Origin: Bacteroidota bacterium
GTDB taxonomy: Bacteria > Bacteroidota > Bacteroidia > Chitinophagales > LD1
Direction of reading: 5' to 3'
DNA: 64,000 nt
Assembly: GCA_947476645.1 (NCBI GenBank)
Contig: CANJRM010000006.1
Location: 3,146 to 67,145 of the forward strand
Below, piece after piece: positions 37,062-45,580 of this stretch. The position numbers and the translations under genes were made by a program. Every line of letters begins with the position of its first letter. Positions within the stretch are counted from its first letter, which is position 1. The notes below the pieces were generated by a model, which was not told where the DNA came from, did not search any database, and saw only the letters and a program-made list of their open reading frames with translations.

Positions 37062-37119
37062 CTTCAGCTGTGAACACAAAAATTAATTCAAAAGTCATTT
37101 TTTATTTTCAGTTTCGGAA

Positions 37120-37611
37120 ATGAAATTACAATTCAGACAAGCAACAGCAGAAGACATTCCACTCATAAATGAACTCGCGCAAAAAATATGGCGCGAACAT
37201 TATCCGGCAATTATTAGCATGGAGCAAATAGAATTTATGTTGCTCAATCGGTATTCTACAAGAGCAATTGAAGAAGGAATGAAAAGTGGTGAAAAATATT
37301 TTCTCGCTTATAGCGGTAATATGGCAGTAGCTTATGCTTCTATTGAATGGAAAGATGAATTCTATTATCTGCACAAATTTTATCTCGATGTTTCTAAACA
37401 CCGCAGCGGAATAGGAAAACAATTTTTTGATTATCTGCTTTCACAAATAGATTCTTCAAAGCCAATAAAGCTACAGGTAAATCGAACCAATTATAAAGCC
37501 ATCAATTTTTATTTCAAAGTAGGCTTCATTATTGAAACCGTTGGCGACTTCGATATTGGCGGAGGATATTTTATGAATGATTTTGTGATGCGTAGACCAC
37601 CGCATAAATAA
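37120..37611 (+). CDS. GNAT-family N-acetyltransferase
   Basis: 163 aa with an acetyl-CoA binding-like RSGIGKQFF motif. Confidence 0.8.
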   Translation: MKLQFRQATAEDIPLINELAQKIWREHYPAIISMEQIEFMLLNRYSTRAIEEGMKSGEKYFLAYSGNMAVAYASIEWKDEFYYLHKFYLDVSKHRSGIGKQFFDYLLSQIDSSKPIKLQVNRTNYKAINFYFKVGFIIETVGDFDIGGGYFMNDFVMRRPPHK

Positions 37612-37702
37612 GTGCCCCAAAGCATTTTGAACACCCGATAATTAGCCCTCTTTTGACTTGACAGGGGTTTGCATTGAATTTATCTTAGCGGAAATTTTTA
37701 AA

Positions 37703-38458
37703 ATGAAACCTCTATTTACCTTATTCTTAAGTTTCGTATTTGCCACAACATTTTCGCAAATGGCATCAACCACTAAACGCACTGACTTTACTGTTTCTAT
37801 TGATGAAAACACGGTAGTAAAGGACATGAGCGGTCAGCGCGTGCCTTATGCTTTTGTAATGAAAATGATGGCAACCGGGCAATACACTATTGACTTAGTG
37901 AAAGACACGCATGGCAATGCGATTGAATGCAAACTTCGCGCAGTCAAAAAAGAAGATGCGGGTAAACGCGAAACATACATGCGCACTCCCGGCACAGAAA
38001 ATCTTCCGAAGCCATTGATTGGTCAAGCGCTTCCTAATTTTGAACTGGGAACTTTAGACAGCAAGTTGATTACTTCTGATGATGTGAAAGGAAAAGTGAC
38101 GGTGTTTTGTTTTTGGTATGGAAACTGCAAAACGTGTATTAATGAAATTCCTTTGCTCAATGAATTGAGCAATAACTATGCATCAACATCCGATGTTGTT
38201 TTTCTTGCGCCCACTACTGACTACCGCGATTCGGTTTCGCATTTCATCAACACTCATCCTTTCAACTATACGGTTTGCCCTCATGCAACGGCATTGACAG
38301 ATGCGCTGAAAGTTGAAATCTATCCTACTCACTTAGTAGTTGGTCGCGATGGAAGAATCATTAGTTCTTATTCGGGTGGTTTGCCCGGAGTAGATGATTT
38401 AATTAAGCGCGACATTGATGCCGCGTTGAAAAAGACGCTTTCGATGGTGGGGAATTAG
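37703..38458 (+). CDS. TlpA/AhpC-like thioredoxin-fold protein
   Basis: Signal peptide MKPLFTLFLSFVFATTFSQ (ATG 37703). Redox motif WYGNCKTC inside a thioredoxin-like C-terminal half. Confidence 0.75.
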   Translation: MKPLFTLFLSFVFATTFSQMASTTKRTDFTVSIDENTVVKDMSGQRVPYAFVMKMMATGQYTIDLVKDTHGNAIECKLRAVKKEDAGKRETYMRTPGTENLPKPLIGQALPNFELGTLDSKLITSDDVKGKVTVFCFWYGNCKTCINEIPLLNELSNNYASTSDVVFLAPTTDYRDSVSHFINTHPFNYTVCPHATALTDALKVEIYPTHLVVGRDGRIISSYSGGLPGVDDLIKRDIDAALKKTLSMVGN

Positions 38459-38469
38459 TTTACTAAACT

Positions 38470-38724
38470 CTACCCTAGTACCGCTACAAGACCTCCCAGC
38501 AAAGAAACTCCACCCAAACCGGTGGTGCTATATAAGGCCACATTAAAGTTAGCCCCCTGCGATATCATAACCATGGTAATTAAAAAGCCAAACACGCAAA
38601 GAAAAGCACCAATGCCTATTAGGAAAAAGCCAATTCTTCTTCGCTTATCATGCGCTTCAGTTGATGGATTTGTCTTAAGCGATTCTTTATCTTCTGCCTT
38701 TGAGTTAGGATTTGAGCTTTCCAT
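38470..38724 (-). CDS. Small two-TM membrane protein (hypothetical)
   Basis: 84 aa with a charged N-terminus followed by two hydrophobic segments. Confidence 0.5.
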   Translation of the reverse strand: MESSNPNSKAEDKESLKTNPSTEAHDKRRRIGFFLIGIGAFLCVFGFLITMVMISQGANFNVALYSTTGLGGVSLLGGLVAVLG

Positions 38725-38763
38725 GACTATGTAGATTGGTAACTTGAAAGAAACACTTTTATT

Positions 38764-39951
38764 TCAACCCACAAAATACATTTTCAACTTCCCTTTATTC
38801 TTTGCTTCAATCTCTCCACGGTATTCGCAGTTGAATTTATCTTTCACTAAACCATAAGTCGTTTCCGAAATATTGATTTTACCGGCTTCACTATTTTGTT
38901 CCATACGGGCTGCCGTGTTTACCGTATCGCCCCAAATATCATAGGCGAATTTCTTTACTCCTACAATACCAGCAACTACATGACCGGAGTGAATTCCTAT
39001 TCGCACCTCAAACGAATCCGGATTTTCTTTTCTGCGGTTCAACATAAAATTCCTGATTTCAATAGCAGCATTCACCGTGTCTTTTGCATGATTAGGATTA
39101 GCCACCGGCAAACCACTTGCGGCTAAGTAAGCATCGCCTACCGTTTTTATTTTTTCGATGTTGTGCTTATGAAGAATATTGTCGAAAGCACTGAAACATT
39201 CGTTAATCTCTTTTACTAAATCATGTGCCGATAGATTTTCGGCATGCGTAGTGAACCCCTTGAAATCAGTAAACAGAACGGTTACCTCATCAAACTGTTT
39301 AGCATCTGAGTATCCTTTTACTTTCAATTCCTCTGCTACTTCAGCAGGAAGAATATCTAACAACAAACTATCAGAACGTTTCTTTTCCTGTTGTATACTA
39401 TTCATAAACCAGGCAGAAGCGGCAAAAACAACGGTTAAAGAGGTGCCTATATTCATAATATAGAACAGAGTTCTTACGCCATTTGAAACATAAGACTTGT
39501 ACCCTAGCAAAGCCGGTTCAAATACAGCTGACACTACCAGAATGAAAAGAAACATCAGCATCCAGAAAACGGATTGCCTGATAGATAGAAAGATAACCGC
39601 ACCCAGCGGGCCAAGGAAAGCCCATGAAATTACCAAACCGCTTTGGTCCATGCTACCGATAGTCCATTGAATAAATGCTGTCACCCACATGATACACGTG
39701 AGTTGAGCGTAAACCAAAATTTTGTAATTCTTAGAATAGTGTGCAATAACGATTGATGAACCGACCACCCCAACAAATACTAAAGGGAGAAAGGCAATCA
39801 ACCCAATTCCAAAAACATAAACATAGAGCGCGGACCATACGATACCGCAAGCACTGCACATAGAAGCAATCAGCAGTATCAGCAATTTCCGGAAAGACAG
39901 TTCCTGTGAATCGCCTTCTTCTTTAGCAAATAATTTTAGCGTATTAATCAT
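38764..39951 (-). CDS. Membrane-anchored class III adenylate/guanylate cyclase
   Basis: About 6 N-terminal TM helices. Catalytic domain has VTVLFTDFKGFT, KTVGDAYLAASG, RIGIHSGHVVAGIVG and YDIWGDTVNTAARME. Confidence 0.88.
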   Translation of the reverse strand: MINTLKLFAKEEGDSQELSFRKLLILLIASMCSACGIVWSALYVYVFGIGLIAFLPLVFVGVVGSSIVIAHYSKNYKILVYAQLTCIMWVTAFIQWTIGSMDQSGLVISWAFLGPLGAVIFLSIRQSVFWMLMFLFILVVSAVFEPALLGYKSYVSNGVRTLFYIMNIGTSLTVVFAASAWFMNSIQQEKKRSDSLLLDILPAEVAEELKVKGYSDAKQFDEVTVLFTDFKGFTTHAENLSAHDLVKEINECFSAFDNILHKHNIEKIKTVGDAYLAASGLPVANPNHAKDTVNAAIEIRNFMLNRRKENPDSFEVRIGIHSGHVVAGIVGVKKFAYDIWGDTVNTAARMEQNSEAGKINISETTYGLVKDKFNCEYRGEIEAKNKGKLKMYFVG

Positions 39952-39978
39952 TTAGTAAACTATATCGACTGTTTTAAA

Positions 39979-40020
39979 TCAACTCACAAAATACATCTTC
40001 AACTTCCCTTTGTTCTTGGC
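39979..40020 (-). pseudogene. 3'-terminal relic of a second cyclase paralog
   Basis: About 41 of 46 nt are identical to 38764..38808. It encodes AKNKGKLKMYFVS*, compared with AKNKGKLKMYFVG* in the intact gene. No upstream ORF is attached. Confidence 0.6.
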
Positions 40021-40184
40021 CGATACCGGTGAGTTTATTTAGAAAGTTCATCATGCTGGCGAATGTAAAAATTGAAAGACGAAAGCTATTAAAAGTAAGC
40101 TGCCACGCAAAGAATTACTGATTGAAAACTTCATGGCTTTTATCTTTCCATGGTTCAATATATACTTCTAAAATTGCCTGTTAT

Positions 40185-43100
40185 TTACTTCTCAGTTTTG
40201 GTCCTTAGGTTAAGCATGCCTTTCAGCATTTCAACATCTGATGATAGCGAGGCAAACTTCTGTTCCATGCCTTCATTTTTGTGTTGCAGTTCTGTAATCA
40301 GTTTTAATAATTCCTGAGTAGCTGAAATATTTAAAGTTGTCAGTGCTTCGTAATCTACCGCGCGGAAATCTTTTACTTCGTGGCCGTAAACAAATACTTT
40401 TCCATCGCCTTCCAAGTTTACATTAAAGCCGGTGGCATCTGCCGCTGTTACTTCATAAATATCAGTGTTGTGTTCAGTTATCAGTTTCACACGGTCACCG
40501 GTTTTTAATGTGTTTGTAAGTGCAATTCTACAGTTTTTAATATCTGCCAGTTTGTAAATATCGGGCACTACATCAGTAAGCTTAGAAACAGCTGTAGGGT
40601 AAATTTTTTCAACCTCCTGGGCAATTACTTTTTTGTAATTGTTGTTTCCTTTGCCTATGGTATCAATAAACCGGTAGTTGGTAATTTGCAGCTGCATTAA
40701 GGTGTTCAGGTCATCGGCATTATCGGTGCGGCCGGTAATGTGCTTAATACGTGCATCGGAATAGGCATTAAATTCAGTGGCCGCTATTCGGTCGCTGGCA
40801 TAAATTGAATAAGGTGTTGGATTGCCAGCGCCATTTACACCGGTAATGGCATTGGAGTTTAAGTATCCATAGCTGCCTGCATTATAACTTTGATTACCGA
40901 TTACTACCAGTTTAGCCTGTGTAGGGTTGTTAGTACCCATTCCAAAATTTCCGTCAGCGGTAATCCGCATTTTTTCGGTAGCCGAACCCCCGTTTCCTGT
41001 AGCAAAACACATAGGGCCATAAGTGGTAGCAATTCCGGACGAGCCGTTAGGTATGCCAAATACCGTTGCACCGCTCGAATTGCCCAGTAAGTTAATTTCA
41101 CCTCCGCTCTGCGCACCTACCATTAACCGGCCTACACCGGCTGATTGATTGGCATACACCCGTTCGTTTACGGTAGCGGCTGTTTTAAAAATATCTAAAT
41201 CAAATACCGGTTGATTTATTCCCATTCCTAATTTTCCGCCACTGCTTAGTGATAACCGGTTTGTATTGTTTGTATAAAAATCGATACCGAACTGATTACC
41301 GCCATAGGTTCGTTTTGAAGCAATTGCCTCGCCCGTAGTATTATCACCAAATTTTAATGCGTTGGTAGTATTACCGTTGTTCAAATTGTCATGATCGCAT
41401 TTAATACCACCTCCAATTTCTACATTACCGGTAAAGTTGGCGTTACCTTTAACGCTTAACCGGTTAACAGGGTATGAGGTACCAATACCTACATTACCGG
41501 AATTGAAATTACTAATGTCATTACCACTTACGGTCCATTGCAGTAAAGTTGCACTGGTTTGACCCGTAGCCCCGTCCACCGCAAAGCTATAGGTGTCGTG
41601 GCACGTTAAATCTACAATCTGCAAACTTTTTGCAATTGAGGCACCTACATATCCAAAATTACCGGATACTGCGAATGCAGTCGGAGACTGCCCTACGCCT
41701 ACTGAACCTAATACCGAAGGTGCTGCGGGATTGGTTATATCAACTGCCTTCAGCGTATTATCCCCCACGCATGTTACGTAAGCATAATTGCCGGATAGGG
41801 CTACACCGGCAGGATTTTGCCCTATTGCCACTGAACCCACCATAACCGGCAATACCGGATTACTAATGTTAATGACCAGCATACTGGTGTTATTAAGTGT
41901 GTACAGGTAATTACCCGAAAGGGCCGCTCCATAAACACCACCGGTAGCCATAGTGCCTACCACGGCAGGTGCAGCCGGATTGCTGATATTTACCACATAC
42001 AGCGTATCGGTATGAACCAGGTAAGCATAATTGCCCGATAGCACTATCGAAACCGAGCCGAAGAGGTTTCCTGGCATAGATATAGAACCTGCCAAAACCG
42101 GTGAAGCAGGATTGGCTACATCAAATACCTTCAAGCCACAACCCAAATAACTGTTGGCTACATAAACATAATGGCCCGATACAGCCAGGTCACGGGTCCA
42201 GTTACCTGTTGCCACGGAGCCCACAACTGCTGGCGATGAAGGGTTACTTATATTTATTACCCACACGGTATCGAAAGTATTCACATAAGCATAATTGCCC
42301 AATACAGCTATCGACTCGGGACTTATACCGGCATACACCGAACCCATTTGTGTTGGAAATTCGGGGTTACTTATATTTACTACCTGCATGGTGCTATTGC
42401 CAACCGTTACATAAGCATAATTACCCGATATGGCTACTTCCCTTGGTTCACTAACCAAAGTAATTGAACCCACTATGCGCATACCCGGGCATGCTGACAA
42501 AGGTGATGATATCAGAAGGTTAGCCCCGGGAGATACCCAACTTGCCAGCCCACCGGTATCGCTTTGCAATAGGCGACCGGCCCCCTGTGTGCCGTCTTTA
42601 ATGCTTAGCTTTCCATTGATAATTTGATTTCCGTTGTTAGTTTGATTGGCGTTAACTACCAGTTTATTATTATCAAACTCGCCATATATTAAAGGGGCTG
42701 TGGTGTCGCTGTTTTCAATATAAAGGCGGTTGCTGCCCGTTTCGTTGTAACCCGCTTTGTAGCCTAAAAATACATTGGCATTTCCATTACCGGTATACCC
42801 GGAATAAGCACCAACAAAAGTATTGTTAGCCCTGGTGTTATTTAGTGTTGTTCCTTTGCCCGCGTTACTACCTAAAGCCACATTATAGTTACCGCCTAAA
42901 GTCATTCCTGCCACGTAACCTAAACCGGTATTCTCATTACCGGTTTGGCAATATTGTAAAGCACTTCGCCCTATAGCGGTATTGCGCATGCCCGTAACAG
43001 AACGACCGGCATAAGGCCCTACGCCTACATTATCATCACCGGTTTGATTGACATAAAGAGCAGCAACACCGATGGCTACATTCTGGAAACCCGAAGTATT

Positions 43101-44816
43101 AGATGTTCCGGCAAAGCTGCCAAGGAATATACTTCTGGTGTCCATGTTATCATTTATACCGGCAGCCCTACCTATAGCTACTGTTCCATTGTCGGGTACA
43201 TCTATGCGCCCGTGCACCATGGTAAAATATTCTTTTCCGCCCAGTGTAAAATGAATGCTGCTGTCGTTGCTCTGTTCGGTTTCAATACGGGTGGCGCGGT
43301 TGTTGCCGGCAATTAAACTCATAGTATCGTTGCCGCCTGCAGTTACGCTGGCCCATTGGGCATTACCGGCAGCATCGCTTACCAATAATTTTCCTGCTCC
43401 CGCCCCGGTGGTCATTTGAAAATATTTGCTGGTTAAACTGTCGTTTATGGTTAAATGCCTGGTAATAAAATCGCCATAAATAAGTGGCGTTAAGGTTGCA
43501 CTGTTATCTATAAATAGTTTGTTGTTGTTGTTTCCGTTAAACCCTGCACTGTATCCTATTAAAACGTTACCGGTACCTGTGTTGTTGCCGTAACCTGCAC
43601 CATAGCCTAAGAAAGTATTATTTGAACCGGTGGTGTTACTATTCCCTGACCATCCACCAAGCGAGAGATTGTATTGTCCGGTTGTATTATATTGCATGCT
43701 TACATAACCCACAGATGTGTTAGTATTTGTATTGCTGTAAACATCATTCAGCCCTGAATATTTACCCATGTAAACCGAATTACCGGTATTGGTCACTTCA
43801 ATGGTGCCTTTATTCATTTTGAAATATTCTTTACCGCCCAAAGTAAAGTGAATAGCACTGTCGTTTGTCTGCTGTGTTTCAATTCTTGTAGCGCGGTTGG
43901 TGCTGGCTATTAAACTCATAGTATCGTTGCTTCCGCCTGCAGGTAGGGTAACGTTATTGCCTCCCGAAATGCTTAACGAACTGCCATTGATAGATAAGGT
44001 TTGTGCATCGGCACCCGTTGCACCAGTAGCACCTTGAACACCTTGCGCGCCAGTTGCACCTTGTACCCCTGTTGCCCCTGTGTTTCCTTGTGCACCTTGT
44101 GCCCCTGTATTGCCCTGAGCTCCTTGAGCGCCAGTTGCTCCGGTCGTTCCATTTGTTCCTGCCGGTCCTTGTATTAATCCGGCATCTGTCCAACTGCTGC
44201 CAGTCCACACCCACAGATGGCCTGTATCTTGTGTGATATACCCATCACCGTTTGTGTTTCCGGAAGCCGGAAGATTTGCGGACGTTGAAACACTTCCCTG
44301 AATTACAACTGATGTTCCGTTTGCTCCTGTTGCTCCATTGGCACCAGTGGCTCCCGTATTGCCCGTTACACCTTGTAGTCCGGTCACTCCATCAGCACCA
44401 GTGGCTCCGGTGGCACCTGCCGGTGAGTTGGCAGCATATAAGGCATAAGGAACACTCAGCAGTTGTGAGGTGCCCATGTCGGTATAATTACCAGTATTGT
44501 TTATATCGGTTTCTACCTGCAAATACTTTGCTCCGCTGCCCCAGTTTACCGTTGAAAGGTTACCGGTGCTGCCTATCTGCACATTCACTAAGCCAAACTG
44601 ATTAGCGGTGGTGTTGATGGTTTCGGTATAAACCGAAGTGCCCGATGCACTTCCATCATGAATAGTAAAGCGTAAGCTAACCGGTGTGGAGTTAGCTACC
44701 GGCAAGCTGCTGTTATTGCGGACTACAGCCTGGTAGTTCATTTGCTGGGGAACTTGAGCGTAGGAGCAGATAACTAATAACATAGCTATGGCAATAAGTG
44801 GGAGATTTTTTAGCAT
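40185..44816 (-). CDS. Giant tail-fibre-like protein: signal peptide, two collagen-like G-X-T tracts, duplicated modules with YadA-head-like Gly/Asn repeats, ~7 LVIVD repeats and a C-terminal peptidase-S74 intramolecular chaperone domain
   Basis: G-X-Y tracts at 44316..44420 and 44010..44168. Duplicated GGNDTMSLIAxxNRATRIExxQxNDSxIHFTLGGKEYF modules. Repeats of type LSGNYAYV...VxNISNPxxPxxVGS. The S74-like region has YSDARIKHITGRTDNADDLNTLMQLQITNYRF (40188..40760). Confidence 0.85.
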   Translation of the reverse strand: MLKNLPLIAIAMLLVICSYAQVPQQMNYQAVVRNNSSLPVANSTPVSLRFTIHDGSASGTSVYTETINTTANQFGLVNVQIGSTGNLSTVNWGSGAKYLQVETDINNTGNYTDMGTSQLLSVPYALYAANSPAGATGATGADGVTGLQGVTGNTGATGANGATGANGTSVVIQGSVSTSANLPASGNTNGDGYITQDTGHLWVWTGSSWTDAGLIQGPAGTNGTTGATGAQGAQGNTGAQGAQGNTGATGVQGATGAQGVQGATGATGADAQTLSINGSSLSISGGNNVTLPAGGSNDTMSLIASTNRATRIETQQTNDSAIHFTLGGKEYFKMNKGTIEVTNTGNSVYMGKYSGLNDVYSNTNTNTSVGYVSMQYNTTGQYNLSLGGWSGNSNTTGSNNTFLGYGAGYGNNTGTGNVLIGYSAGFNGNNNNKLFIDNSATLTPLIYGDFITRHLTINDSLTSKYFQMTTGAGAGKLLVSDAAGNAQWASVTAGGNDTMSLIAGNNRATRIETEQSNDSSIHFTLGGKEYFTMVHGRIDVPDNGTVAIGRAAGINDNMDTRSIFLGSFAGTSNTSGFQNVAIGVAALYVNQTGDDNVGVGPYAGRSVTGMRNTAIGRSALQYCQTGNENTGLGYVAGMTLGGNYNVALGSNAGKGTTLNNTRANNTFVGAYSGYTGNGNANVFLGYKAGYNETGSNRLYIENSDTTAPLIYGEFDNNKLVVNANQTNNGNQIINGKLSIKDGTQGAGRLLQSDTGGLASWVSPGANLLISSPLSACPGMRIVGSITLVSEPREVAISGNYAYVTVGNSTMQVVNISNPEFPTQMGSVYAGISPESIAVLGNYAYVNTFDTVWVINISNPSSPAVVGSVATGNWTRDLAVSGHYVYVANSYLGCGLKVFDVANPASPVLAGSISMPGNLFGSVSIVLSGNYAYLVHTDTLYVVNISNPAAPAVVGTMATGGVYGAALSGNYLYTLNNTSMLVINISNPVLPVMVGSVAIGQNPAGVALSGNYAYVTCVGDNTLKAVDITNPAAPSVLGSVGVGQSPTAFAVSGNFGYVGASIAKSLQIVDLTCHDTYSFAVDGATGQTSATLLQWTVSGNDISNFNSGNVGIGTSYPVNRLSVKGNANFTGNVEIGGGIKCDHDNLNNGNTTNALKFGDNTTGEAIASKRTYGGNQFGIDFYTNNTNRLSLSSGGKLGMGINQPVFDLDIFKTAATVNERVYANQSAGVGRLMVGAQSGGEINLLGNSSGATVFGIPNGSSGIATTYGPMCFATGNGGSATEKMRITADGNFGMGTNNPTQAKLVVIGNQSYNAGSYGYLNSNAITGVNGAGNPTPYSIYASDRIAATEFNAYSDARIKHITGRTDNADDLNTLMQLQITNYRFIDTIGKGNNNYKKVIAQEVEKIYPTAVSKLTDVVPDIYKLADIKNCRIALTNTLKTGDRVKLITEHNTDIYEVTAADATGFNVNLEGDGKVFVYGHEVKDFRAVDYEALTTLNISATQELLKLITELQHKNEGMEQKFASLSSDVEMLKGMLNLRTKTEK

Positions 44817-44874
44817 GGTATAGTGTTTAATTATTAATTGCTGAATTGCCCGCGAATGTATCTGCTACTCTGCT

Positions 44875-44899
44875 GAAAAAACTTGTCTTAAGACAAGTT
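44875..44899 (-). terminator. Rho-independent terminator of the Crp-family gene
   Basis: Perfect 20-bp palindrome AACTTGTCTTAAGACAAGTT, followed by TTTTT on the minus strand. Confidence 0.7.
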
Positions 44900-44917
44900 C
44901 GGAGAGATGTTGGGAAT

Positions 44918-45496
44918 TTAACTTTTAGCCAGTCTCGCCCTTATGCGCGAAAGCGAAGTATCGGTTATAGAGAGGTAAGAAGCCAGGTCTTTCTGTTTTA
45001 TCCTTTGTTCGAGATTGGGATAAGTATTGCGGAAATGGAGGTAACGTTCTTCGGGTGTATTTACAACAAGGAACCGGATACGCTCAGCGGCTTCGGCAAT
45101 AATTTGCTTATAAAGTTGATTGACCATTTTCTGAATACGGATGTTCTTGTCCGTTACCTTCTCCAATTCTCTTGCATCTGCGCAAAGCATCAGCGTGTCT
45201 TCCATGGCCACAATGTTTTCATCAGCAGGTTTACCCAACAGGGTAGTTTGCAAGGCACCTGAATTCATTTTCTCAGGTACAAACAACAAAGCCTTTTCTA
45301 CTCCTTCTTCATCAATGATGTAATGATACAAGAGCCCCTTCAATACTTTTACTGCGTTGTAATTATACTCGCCCACCTTTACCAGGTGTTCTCCTTTTTT
45401 GAGTTGCTTGATTTTAATAATAGAAGCGAGCTCGACCAAATCATTTGGACCGAGAAAGGTAAACTGACGGAATGCTTCTTTTATTTCTTCGAACAT
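44918..45496 (-). CDS. Crp/Fnr-family transcriptional regulator (cNMP-binding domain plus HTH)
   Basis: About 192 aa from MFEEIKEAF, with a beta-roll region and C-terminal HTH (QKDLASYLSITDTSLSRIR). Confidence 0.8.
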   Translation of the reverse strand: MFEEIKEAFRQFTFLGPNDLVELASIIKIKQLKKGEHLVKVGEYNYNAVKVLKGLLYHYIIDEEGVEKALLFVPEKMNSGALQTTLLGKPADENIVAMEDTLMLCADARELEKVTDKNIRIQKMVNQLYKQIIAEAAERIRFLVVNTPEERYLHFRNTYPNLEQRIKQKDLASYLSITDTSLSRIRARLAKS

Positions 45497-45580
45497 ATTG
45501 TTATAGAATCTGCTTTTGTAAATCTTCAAAATACATTTTCACCTACTCTTATATCTTCGCCTCCTCAAAACTAAAATACT

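Noticed and set aside
40185-44816. Prophage or tailocin remnant, suggested by the tail-fibre / S74 domain
   Set aside because: There are no capsid, terminase, baseplate, sheath, integrase or lysis genes within 20 kb on either side. The protein has a Sec signal peptide and the N-terminal module typical of cellular Bacteroidota fibre proteins.
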